A DNA stretch of 64,000 bases from Leucoraja ocellata (taxonomy: Eukaryota), in the NCBI GenBank assembly GCA_036785375.1, contig JAWMAR010001853.1, positions 62,001-126,000 on the forward strand. Reading direction: 5' to 3'. This document shows, one piece after another, positions 36,934 to 48,300 of the stretch. The notes beneath the pieces were generated by a model. The model made no database searches, was not told where the DNA came from, and saw only the letters and a program-made list of their open reading frames with translations. Every line of letters starts with the position of its first letter. Position 1 is the stretch's first letter. The position numbers were made by a program, and so were the translations under genes.

Positions 36934-39900
36934 TCTTTTTTCGTGTCCTTATGCTTTATAGTGGCTCGCCACTGCTGTACACATCGTTGTGCTATTGGAG
37001 TGTTAAGTGCAAGGTCTGCAGGAGTACATGGATTATCCAGCAATGGGCATTGCAGTAGGTGTTGCATTGTCTGGGTCTGCCACAGTCACAGGTTGTTGTA
37101 CTCTCGATGTAGCCCCATTCGTGCATTGTCACCCTTGACCGGCCGACCCCGGTTTGCAGTCGGTTGAGACATCTTCAGTTCAGCCTGGTGGTAAGCGTCT
37201 GCTGCTGGTATGCCTATCTTGGTGGAAATAGGGACAGTGGCTAGTCTGTTCTTCCACATCTGGAAGCGAGCTTCAGTTGGTTGTGTTTCCAATGGTGGTG
37301 ACACCGGTTAGGAAGCTCTTACGGGATTTTAACCGCTTTGAAGGGGGCACATGGTTGTGCAATGGGAGTCTATCGTCTGTCAGTTGTTTCAGACGCTCTG
37401 TCCTACTTGCAGCAACTCTCCTGATGTCTGGGGGAGCGATGCCAGCCAGTAGGTAGATGTTGTTTATGTCCGTAGATCGGTGGCAACCGGTAATGCTATG
37501 GCAGCTGGCATTCATGGATGTCGATTTTCTTTGCATGTGAAGATCTCTCCCAAGCAGGGCAGGCGTATTCTGCAGCAGAGAGGCAGAATGCTAAGGCTGT
37601 AGTACATACTGTGGTTGCGTTAGCACCCCATTTGGTGGTGGTGAGCTTGTTCAATATGTTGTCGCGGGTGCCCACCTTTGCTTTAATTTTTTCCACATGT
37701 GCCTTGAATGCTAAGCAGTGATCGAGTATGACTCCAAGGTGGACTGGGTTTGGGCAATGTGTTAGTGGGAGTCCAGGCCATGTGACGTGTAGTTGATGGC
37801 TAGCCTCTTGGTTCCTCAGGTGGAATGCACAGATCTGTGTTGTCGATGGGTTGGCACGCAGCTGGTTTTCCTTATAATATGAAGATAAACTGGTGAGTGC
37901 CTCTGTTAGCGTTGTCTCAACATCTTGGAACTGTGTACCCAGTGCTGTTATATAGAGATCATCAGCATAGATGAAAAGCTTGGTTACCAAGTCAGTTAGC
38001 TGATTATTGGTGTAGATGTTGTACAGGGTTGGTGCCAGGACACTTCCTTGAGGGAGGCCGTTCTTCTGTCGTCGCCATCTGCTACGTTTCCCTTCTTTCT
38101 CGCCAAAGAACCTTCGATTTTGGAGCATCGTTTGTATTCGCTCGGTTAGATGCAGATCTTTTGTCATTTCAAGGATCTTGTAGAGGAGTCGTTTGTGGTT
38201 GATAGTGTCGTATGCTGCTGACAAATCGACAAACACTGCTCCCGTGATTTGCCCTTGTTCGAAGTCATGTTCGATATGTTGCATTAGGGTGAGGAGCTGG
38301 CTTGTTGTGGACTTGCCTGGGTGGAATCCTGCCTGTTCTGATATTAGATGTTCATCTACATATGGAGCCAGGCAGTTGAGGATGAGTCTCTCAAATAGTT
38401 TGTAGGTGTGGCAGAGTAGAGAAATAGGTCTATAACTTTGTCTCTGATGGGTCCTTCCCTGGCTTCAGTAGTGCGATTTCTCAATTCTGGCACCAAAGCT
38501 TTGGGATTGTCAGATTGGTGGAGCATGAGTTGTAGAAATTTAGAAGCCACTCTCGTGTCTGTGGTCCAAAGTGCTTGATTTGCTCAGTGGATATGTCATC
38601 GATCCCTACTGCTTTTCCATCTTTAAGAGTTGCGATGCGGGCCTCTAGCTCTTCTGTTGTGAGTGGTTTTATGAAGACTGGGTATCCTGCGTATTTAGTG
38701 CGATCTAGTTTTTGCTTCCTGGTGGACGGTGGCTTTGCCATTCAGTAGTAGCTGATGTGCAATTTGGTTGGCTGCGATGTTGCAGTGTTGTTCTGCCTAC
38801 TTGTGGTCATTACTGAGTTTACGGATGAGGGACCATGCCTTTTTGCTGCTATTTGTCATGTCAGTCGACCCCAACAGGTTCTGCCATGATTTGCTATGTT
38901 CGGCGGCGATGGCTGACATCAGCTGTTCTCCTGTGACAGTAGTCTCATCGGCAAATGGATCAGCTTGGAATTGCTTCTTGTATTGCTCATACAGTGCTGC
39001 ACTCTCTGGTGTGAGGCCAGGGATGTAGTTTGTGCAGCAATCACGTGGGATGTTCTTTCTAGACGTATCTTTGACCAGTTGGACAAAGCTGCTGTAGGCT
39101 TCTGCTGATGGCTCTAGTGATGATACTGCTGCATCCAGACCCTCTGTGAAGCGTTTCCAATCAGCCTTTTTGCAGTTAAAGCATCGTCAAAATGGGGCTG
39201 TGGTGGGAGTGACTGTTGCTCTGACTTGGATACCGATTGAGCGGTGTTGTGTCTTCGGTATTGGATCTAGCACGATCTTGTTACATAGTCTCATGATGTT
39301 TTCGCTGACAAATGCGAGGTCTGGGTTGTATCCCCGTTTCCATCAGCCACTATTGAATGAGCTAGGCCGTTTTGCGTCATGGAGCAAACTAATTTTGTTA
39401 GTTTCCACCCATTCTTCTACGGATACTCCATCTGCGTTGGTCTCGTTGTAGCCCCATTGTGTGCTGTGGCTGTTGAAATCGCCAATTATCACCCGTGGTT
39501 TGTTTTGGGGATTGTCTTGTGGGTCTCTAAACTTAAAGGCAGTGTCTGGTGGTTTGTAGACTGATGTGATGATAACATTACTGAGTTCGAGAGTTATAGG
39601 ATGTTATCCTCTTCAGACTTTGCGGTGGTATTGATGTCTATGCCATCCTTAATAAAGATTGCACGACCATATTTCTCAGGGGCGTCTCGATTGCCATGGT
39701 CGTTGCTGGGATCTGGGGACGGTTGTGCTGGGGAACTGGTGTGTTTCTTGCAGACACAAGACATCACATTGGATATCTTTGCAGATACTTGCAATTAGAG
39801 TTTGTTTCGCAGTAGAAAAGCCTTGCATGTTCACAGATATGACAGTCAGTGCCGGTCTTGAAAAAGACCCATGTTGGTGACACTGACTAATATCTTGAAC

Positions 39901-40006
39901 CATGTGAGAGCGCTAATAGCACTAAGGTGGTAGTAGAATTAGCAAGTTACATGTAGCATACATGCAACTTGACAGGGGCCGCGACGTGAACGCTTCTACT
40001 ATGACC
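36934..40006 (-). mobile_element. Full-length (~3.07 kb) Vingi/Ingi-clade LINE, single EN-RT ORF, now frameshifted
   Basis: EN start at 39903 (..TVISVN..DVLCLQETH). RT DLSAAYDT, NGLPQGSVLAPTLYNIY, IYADDL. SAAEYACPAW, LAGIAPPDIRR, and a C-terminal CDC..QTMQHLLQCP knuckle. No ORF1 or RNase H. TSD ATAGTGCT at 36926-36933 and 40012-40019. Confidence 0.88.
39931..40006 (-). ncRNA. Predicted HDV-like ribozyme at the 5' end of the Vingi LINE
   Basis: P1 (..GGUC)/GGCCCCU, P2 UAGUAGAA/UUCUACUA, P3 GCG/CGC, L3 UUCACGU, P4 CAAGUUGCAUGU/ACAUGUAACUUG, J4/2 CUAA. The first ~3 nt of P1 are lost. Confidence 0.8.
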
Positions 40007-40164
40007 TATGAATAGTGCTAGCATACGGGGATCGCTGGTCAGCGGTGGGCCAAAGGGCCTGTTTCTGCGCTGTATCTCCTCTGAATTTAACATCAGAACC
40101 GGTTCCCCATCAATTATATACAATGATTTGTTTTGTAAGCGGCACACAATCATTCTCCTGAATC

Positions 40165-40272
40165 AACTACTGAAGCTAGAAGAAGAGTCTCAACCCTGAA
40201 ACGTCACTCATTCCTTCTCTCCAGAGATGCTGCCTGTCCTGCTAAGTTACTCCAGCATTTTGTGTCTATCTC
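40165..40272 (+). mobile_element. Penelope pseudo-LTR fragment
   Basis: gaagaagagtctcaaccctgaaacgtcactcattccttctctccagagatgctgcc. Confidence 0.7.
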
Positions 40273-40297
40273 AGGGAGGAATGATTGTAGTGGATAA

Positions 40298-40534
40298 AGG
40301 GCCTGTCCCACCTGGACGTCATTTGCGCGTCATGCAGTTGGCGCGTGAAGATTTTGTGAATCCCAAAATCCTGGGGCGCGGCGCGCGACCACGCGTCACT
40401 GCCTACGTCACCACGCATCATGCGCGCTTAATGCACACCATGCGTGCAACACGTGCGCATCACGACACGCGTCGTGACGCATAACTGATGTCGCGTAAAT
40501 GACGTACAAATGCCGCCCAAGTGGGACAGGCCCT
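40298..40534. mobile_element. PIF/Harbinger-like MITE, CpG-rich and young
   Basis: TIRs AGGGCCTGTCCCAC/GTGGGACAGGCCCT with a TAA TSD (40295-40297, 40535-40537). Confidence 0.92.
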
Positions 40535-41109
40535 TAAGACTAGATAATCTTGTGGGTCAGCACGCAGAGTTGCCACATTCCTGCAACCTCTTGCAACTTT
40601 CAAGTCTCAGTAAATATCAAGTCTGGTCTTGACCTGAGGAGATACATATTTCTTCTTTTCTCTCTTTTGTAACACCAGGCCCCGGTGTCTTGGAGGCACC
40701 CAGAGCTCCATGCAGCTGTAACAGGCGGCACTGGACACACTTGCTCACTCAGCTGCTGTACGGCGTCCAACTGATGCATTGTCTTTCACATCACGTCGGT
40801 TAAAGGGAAACTTGACCTGCCGTCTCCCACAGCCGCCCATTTGCATCCAAGATTGCCATTGTCCCGCTTGAAAAATGGTATCTACTGGAGTGAGGGAGGC
40901 TCTGGATGGCCGGCTCTGGGTGGCCTGGTCTCCAACCAGACACAATTTTCGGAGGGACTGGAAGCGGCCTGGCCTGGCCCGGCCCAACCTAACGTGGTGT
41001 ACAAATTTAAAAATTAACTGCAGAATCTTTGCATTCAAAACTTCTCCCACAATGATTTCTGGTAATTCTGATTCACTTGTGATGTAGGAAATTGCTACCC
41101 AATACTGCC

Positions 41110-41370
41110 AAAGACAAGAGGGCATAGGTTTAAAGTGAGAGGGGCAAAGGTTAAAGGAGACGTGCAGGACAATTCTTTTTACATGGGTGGATGCCTGGAA
41201 TCTGGTGCCAAATTAAAGATATTTAGATAGACACGTGTATATGCAGGGAAAGGAGGAGTGTGGATCACATGCACGCACATGAAATTTGATTCATTTTTTT
41301 ATAGGCATCATGTTCGGCGTGGACATTCTGGACCGAAGTGCTTGTTCCAGTGCTGTAATTTTTTATATTT
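41110..41370 (+). mobile_element. CR1-like LINE 3' fragment
   Basis: Similar to 11223-11515. Confidence 0.7.
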
Positions 41371-41869
41371 TATAAAGTACTAAATTATTTTTTGTATTTC
41401 TTTGTGCATCATAATTCTAATAAGACTTAATTTTTATTGACCCAAAAAAATGATATTTGTGTCTAGGCTAATTTTAGACAAGAATTCAAGGTACATGGTT
41501 TATTTTGGCATCATCAACCACATATTATAGCTGAGATTCTTCATGCAAGTGTGAGATGAAAGTAGGTTTCCATGGAAACACTGTGCTTTTGATGCCAAAC
41601 TGAAGAAAGGACTGTGTTTTGACAGAAGGCAAAGGTAGGCGATCAATTTGATGATTATACTGATTGCTTCTACCTCAGAATCTTTACCATTTTGCTAAAT
41701 AGCAATGTACTTTGCACTTACAGGTAAAAATAGCTTAAATATTATCTAATATCTTCTGACCAGTTATTAACAGGTTTAACATGATAGTAGTCAGAGCAGA
41801 GTAAGCTGTGAATTTCTCATTGTGATCCTGCAATACAATTTACAATCAATTTATTTTCAATGATGACCA

Positions 41870-42185
41870 CCAAAAGCTGGAGTAACTCAGCCGTTCAGGC
41901 AGCATCTTTGGAGAAAAGATAGAGGTGATGTTTCAGGTCGAGACCCTTCTTCAGACTGAGAGTCAGGGTAGAGGGAAACGAGGGATATGAAAAGGTACAA
42001 AGAATAAATGAATAAAAAGTATGCAAATGGAGCCCACAATGGTACATTGTTGGCCGTGGAGAAGGTGATAACAAGTGATACAAACAGTGAAACTGAGCAA
42101 GACGACAGTCGGATGACGGGTGGGGGAGGGACAGAGAGAGAGGAGATGCAAGGGTCACTTGAAGTTAGAGAAATCAACATTCAGT
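41870..42185 (-). mobile_element. Penelope-like element 3' fragment with hammerhead-like LTR
   Basis: The minus strand reads CTGAAGAAGGGTCTCGACCTGAAACATC. The body is similar to 21870-22290. Confidence 0.75.
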
Positions 42186-42317
42186 AATATTTATTATGTT
42201 AGTGCATCTGAGTGGCTATTTGAGTAGTTACTGCAAGGAAATGGAACATAGAGTAAAATAAAGCATGAGCAAGAACCGAAAACTTCAAACTAATTGATTA
42301 TCTTAATTTTAAAAACA

Positions 42318-42600
42318 CAGAATGCAAACAGGCCTTTCGGCCCACCGGATCCATGCCAAACATCGATTATCTGTTCACACTAGTTCTATATTATCCCACT
42401 TTTGCATCCACTTCCAACCCATAAAGGCAATTTACAGAGGCAAATTAACCTACTAATCCATACGACTTTGGGATGTGGGAGGAAACCAGAGCACCCGGAG
42501 GAAACCCACGCGGTCACAGGGAGAAAGTGCCATCTCCACACAGACAACAACTGAGCTCAGAATCGAACCCGGGTCTCTATCAGCTGTGCCACTGTCCTGC
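42318..42600 (-). mobile_element. tRNA-derived SINE
   Basis: Box B GGTTCGATTC on the minus strand and a family body. Confidence 0.8.
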
Positions 42601-43883
42601 TCTACAGAATGGAATTGATTCACACAGTTGGTATTGGTATGCCAAAGAAGGAAACTTTAAGGCGATTAATTATCAACTAATTAGAGCAAACATTACATTT
42701 TATGAGGTTATGGATGATGAATTGCAGAGCTTGTTTTACGCATTAATAGATTGACATTGCAATGTATAGAGGGGAAAGGCTATCCAACTTCAAAAACGTT
42801 TTAACTGCATATTTTGCTAATTAGATTAATTAATGGCAGAGATAGAAGTATTACTATCCAGACCGCCATCATAAGTAAAACATATCAGTGTGGTATCTCG
42901 AAATCCAATTGCATTTTTGTTCAATATCTTGTGTTTGAAAATTGACTTTACCTTAAGTGAACATTTCAAGGCTGTTGCATAGTACTCTGAAAATCTGACC
43001 AAGCACTTCTCAGAGTGAGATATGTTAAAATCCATTAATGAATTTCCAAATAATGAAAAAATAAAGAATGTAATTAAAATTATAAAATTAAAAAATGTAT
43101 GCATGCTTATCATATACTTCTGCCAAAAAGTAAAATAAGTTTAAAAACAGTCTTTATTTACCTTTAGCCATCTAATCTATGAGGCAAGGAATCCCCATAC
43201 AACAAAATGGGGTGCTCAGCTACATTGGATTTGGCTTGTGTATAGGAAGGTAATGCTCAGGAATCCAGCACAGCTTGACTCCATTGCTGGAATCCTAGTG
43301 GAATACAGTGAAGGATGAACATGTATCTGTTGCTTAACACATCTGAGATTGATAACAGGTCTGTGTGAGTTTGAGCCTGGGAGCAACTGAATGGCAATTT
43401 TACTTCGGAGTCACGTGTGTGACTACATGAAGAACCCACCAGTACGCATGCGTGTCATTATCGCTACACGCATTGCAACGAGTCATTGGGGGAGGAAGGA
43501 CGTTCCTCCCAAACGACAGGTTTGGAAACCTGCAACAGTAGGTAAGAGAACTTTGTTTCTTTTTTACTTACCTTTGTTTACAGGAAGGCTGTGGAAAGCT
43601 GGTGGGGGAGAGCTGCTATATAGGAGCAGGCAGCCAGCAACGGCCGGTGGCACGACAATCTCCCTTAGCGGGAGCCGGTGCGACTTCAGCTCCAGCAAGG
43701 GTACGGGACGCCGACAACCGATGGAGCACTCGGAAGCCGTCAATCTGACGACTCGGAAAACAGTCCAAGGACCTACAGGGTAAGGAGCGCTACATGGGTC
43801 CGTGGGGCTGAGAAATAAAAATAGCAGCGAGCGGTCGGTGCCCGTGAGCACCGGGTACGCGTTGGAGCTGCTGGGCCTGCGTC

Positions 43884-44170
43884 GCGAGCGGCCAGTTCCC
43901 CGAGAGGACTGCACCGCGTTGGAGCACCGCAGGCCCAAGTGGGAAAGCAGCGGCACAGTGGGGAGCACTGCACCGCGTTAAAACCACCATACCTGCGGTT
44001 GCGAGCGGCCAGCTCCCCGAGAGGACTGAACCGCGTTGGAGCACCGCAGGCCCACGTGGGAAAGGAGCGGCACAGTGCAGAGCACTGCACCGCGTCAAAA
44101 CCACCATACCGGCGGTTGCGAGCGGCCAGCTCCCCGAGAGGACTGAACCGCGTTGGAGCACCGCAGGCTA
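43884..44170 (+). repeat. 117-bp tandem repeat (about 2.5 units) inside the DIRS
   Basis: Units start at 43884, 44001 and 44118 (GCGAGCGGCCAG.TCCCCGAGAGGACTG..CCGCGTTGGAGCACCGCAGG). Confidence 0.9.
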
Positions 44171-45563
44171 ACGGTAGTACGGGCGGCTCAGTGCCGTGAG
44201 CACTGCACCGCGCTTTGGAGCACCGCAGGCCAACGGCACTACAGGGGACTCAGTGACCGTGAGCACTGCAACACGTTGACACTGCGGGACCTGCACCTGC
44301 GAGAACATACCGCGTTTGCAGCGATGCAGGTCCAAAAAAAAAGAAGAACAAATCCTCGAGTGGGTAAGTCCCATAGCAGCACCTTATACAGGGCTGTATC
44401 TCACTTCTACTATTACAGGGAAGTGCTGGAGGAAAAGACAGACTTAGGGAGAAGTGAGCAGCACCTTTTCTTAGGGCTATAATCATGCTTCTCTCCCTCC
44501 AGTAGACTCTTTTGTCAGAAGAGTGCTGGGGTCTAGTCTAGGGCAAACCCTGGACAGGTAAACAGATGTAAGAGCTGTAATAATGAGGTAATGCTTTTTC
44601 TAAGTCACAAAGTACATAGAGTGCATTATTGGTCTTTTCCTGATAGAAATACAGGAATACTTATGTTATGACTGAAGGATTTAGCAGTCCAAAAATTTAC
44701 TGACAAATTCCATTCCCATCTGGGAAGTCACATGGGAATGTCTGTCTATGTTTCAGGGGGAACAACAGTACAGCTGTAAGTAAAGCTAACTGGGAAAGAT
44801 CTACAAACCAGGTTAGAAGCCAGCATAGACCATATGTTTTCTATCTACTGCAGGGGCAAACATTAGCTGACACCATAGTGGCCACTTGCCACTGGGGATT
44901 GTAAATCCCTGAATGTACTAAACTAATCAATTTATGCATCTGGTTACATCCAACCGGGATTGACACGGGCCTGTGTAAACCCGAAACCTCCTAGCAATAT
45001 CTTTTTATTTGGAGGTGATCGATCTAGAAGGTCAAGCAGTTGGACAATGAAGCCAAATTGGAGCTCATCTAAACGTCCAAACATCATCCTCAAAGGTATC
45101 GCCCCTCTATCTGAAGATGTGTACACCCACAACACACGGCCTCGGGGATCCAGATGAAAACAGTAAAATCAGAAGGAAGCAAGGAGGTTGGTGCGAGAAG
45201 ACATCGAATAAATAATTTTTTGACACTCATATCTTAAACAGTAGCCGGGGATACACAATAGAATTTTACAACACATAATCTTCTAGTCCAGCTGATATAT
45301 CGAGAGAGGAATTTGGAGGAGAACACCAAATGGATATTGGGCTATAGTATTTGCTGATGTTTCTACACGATATGGAACACCAGATGCCGATCTACTCGTA
45401 TCCAGACATAATCACCAATAACCAAATATGTCATATGGGATACAGACACTGGACATCAGCAACGGATGGGTTTTAGCTGCATTGTAAGGGAAGAATTATT
45501 ATCTACGCATTCCCTTCCTAACAAAATAGGATATGGCGCTTGACGCCTCAAACATAGATCAGA

Positions 45564-45654
45564 TCTCGGCTTTTTGCCAAGATCAAGCATAATATCTGGG
45601 GTTTTATCAGTTTAAATATCTGATATGTCCCTTATCTAGGGACCATATATTAAA
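45564..45654 (+). pseudogene. RNU2: U2 snRNA 5' fragment (about nt 7-95) with an A-rich tail
   Basis: TCTCGGCTTTTTGCCAAGATCAAGCATAATATCTG..TTTTATCAGTTTAAATATCTGATATGTCCCTTATCTAGGGACCATATATTAAA aligns to vertebrate U2. It ends before the Sm site and is followed by AATAAATAAATAAAATAAT. Confidence 0.88.
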
Positions 45655-48300
45655 AATAAATAAATAAAATAATACGATATATTCGTTAAGAACGGAAACC
45701 TTTTCTATTGTTAAGTATATTCGTTTTAAGAACGAAAATGGCAAGCATTGATTCAAAGGATGCTTACTATTTTCAGTACCCATAACAGGTGACCACGGAC
45801 GTTATTTTATCTAATTGGATGGCTCAGCTCTAGCAGTATAGAGCACTACCTAATGTGTTTACATTAGCACCTAGGTTATTTACAAAATATAACAACCAGC
45901 CACACAATGGTAATGGCTTCTTTGGATGACATACTAATTGTGCGGGAACTTAGGACGGGCTGAACAAACGGTAACAGCCACTTAACAATTATTTGGAAAC
46001 TAGGATTCATTATCCATCCAATTAAATCAAAATGAAAGCCTTCAAACTAAAGGGATTATTTGGGTTTCACCAATAACTCAGTTCCTCATGTCAGTAACTT
46101 TGCCAACAGAGGTTACAACCTTAATAAAGGCATACAGCAAAATCATTGACATGAGGATAAACCATACATCAGACTGGTAGCAAGAATTTTGGCAACAGGT
46201 GGTACTGGGAATATGGGTTCCAGCCACATAATTCAGACTCTTACATTATAAAGATTTACAGAGGGCCAAAATATGAGCTCTTAAAATTAATGGTGTTCAT
46301 TTCGATAGAATGATGAAGCCATACAGAAGCCATATTGGAACTAAATGGTGGAAAGATAACATTGGGCATTGCTCCAATCCTATCATTGTCAGAAACCTGT
46401 CTATGGTCCTACATATGCATGCTATGCACTAGGATGGTGTGTTACCAATTCCATCTCCAGCTGTGGAGGAAGATGGAATACACAGGAAGCATCATTATTA
46501 CTAACACTGGGCATAACTACCTGGAAATGTTGGGTGTTTTTCATGGCCTAAAGTCATGTTGCTCTGGAATATGTTAAACAGGTTATTAGATTATAAATTA
46601 ACAATACTACTGTGGTAGCACATATCAACGGTGGTAGCACATGGGTGAAAGGGAATCTACATCATGTAACAATCTGGCCAACACAATTTGGCAACCTCAT
46701 CAGTAGGAGTGTTTTAATAGTACCCCACTGACCTACCCAACCATGGTTCTCGGTGGTACTGGGAATGAGATTAGAACCATGCAGCACCATCCTAAACAGA
46801 CGATGAAGTATGGGGAAAACCACCCGTGCCATGAACATATAAATCGCTTAAATCGTAGAGTCTGAAAGCGCCGCTATTACATCTGGGACTGACGGCCAGA
46901 GCAATGGACATGATCACAGCGGGCCACAGACAATCAACCTAAAGACAATGTCTAAAATTATTAGTGACATCAACTGTGCCAGAAGTGGTCCATCTACTTA
47001 CCTATGGCAAGAGAACGGAACAACAGCTTATGGGGGACACTTTTATGGGAATTCCCCAAAGACCGGATATGCCCAAATATGGGACATCAGCATCGTCTTA
47101 ACGTTGTTAAAGAACTGGGCTCCAGCCACAGCGCTGTCATTACAGTTTTTGACTTTTTACAAAACTGTCATGCTGATGGCTTAGGTCACGGCACTAAGGA
47201 CTCAGTCCCTACCAAATTAAGGCTGGATAACTAGACCAGTTCACCTGGCAACTTACACTTCTATATTCAAGAATTAGGGAACTAAACAGACAGGGGTCAG
47301 CGGGCCTTAAAATAACATATTTAGCGGGCCTTAAAATAACAATTTAGAGCCTACCCTACAGATGATTGACTGTGTTGTGAGACATCTACAAATATACATG
47401 GAACAAACCAAGACCATCAGTGGCACAGAAGAGGAACTTTTCATCAACTACAGACAGCCTCATTAAAGAATAACAGGCCAGGCCAGCTAAATGGCTAACA
47501 TAGTATTGACCAAAGTTGGTGTAAACACTAACTGGGTTAAAATCTCACTCCACCAGGCTGCAGCAACGTCGGCAGCATTTAAATTGGAGGTTCCTATGGA
47601 TAAAATCCTCAGGACTGCAGGATGGCCATCGGAAAGAACATTCTAAAGATTATAACAAACCAGTAATGGAAACTGGAATTTTTCAGAAACATTGTTAAGT
47701 TTCTATACCATAATTTACCCCAAAAAACAGGGGCTATCAATTATTATTAACTTTATGGTTATTTATATATATCATATTGATGTTTAATATGTTATCACTA
47801 TTCTCCCCAAAACCAAGGCAGACGTGATGATGGACTCGTTCCACGGCTTGAATCACAGAGCTTTGAAATCTTCATGTAGTCACTCACGTGACTCCGAAGT
47901 AAAATAGTAAGATTAAACGAGAACTTACCAGTTCGAAGTTTGATCTGTATTTTATGAGGAGTAACGTTGAGGGAATACATGCCCTCTGCTCCCACCCTTG
48001 ATCATAAACACGACTGGTATCTTTTCTCTAATCTTACTATGCTTAAGTCATTACAGGTATCTGTGATTCACTCCGCTGCTTTGAAGAATGACACGCGTGC
48101 GTACTGGCGGGTTCTTCATGTATTCCCTCAACGTTACTCCTCATAAAATACAGATCAAACTTCGAACTGGTAAGTTCTCGTTTAATCTTACTATTCTTCA
48201 TAGAAATCAAAGAAACCATGGTTAAACTTGATTTTGTCACCAAGAAGTGCATAAACATAGAAGGAAGAAAGCAGTCACCTATCAAAATTATGAACGTATC

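Larger units (their letters stand above)
43397..48195 (+). mobile_element. DIRS1-type tyrosine-recombinase retrotransposon, internally decayed and rearranged
   Basis: Left ITR 43398-43459, right ITR plus extension 48087-48195, ICR 47869-47981 complementary to both ends, ATT at both junctions. RT MASIDSKDAY (45738) and LDDILI (45922), RNase H HNYLEMLGV, YR AAATSAA...ILRTAGW.SERTF (about 47550-47660). Confidence 0.93.

Noticed and set aside
40650-41090. Polypyrimidine tract plus CAG at 40678 suggesting a splice acceptor
   Set aside because: All three frames stop within about 14-41 codons with no recognisable product. A non-coding exon cannot be excluded.
43884-44290. CRISPR-like repeat-spacer appearance
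   Set aside because: The intervening sequences are themselves repeated (tandem 117-bp unit), the context is eukaryotic and there are no cas genes.
45564-45654. Functional U2 snRNA gene
   Set aside because: It lacks the first nucleotides, the Sm site and the 3' stems, and the branch-point recognition sequence is altered.
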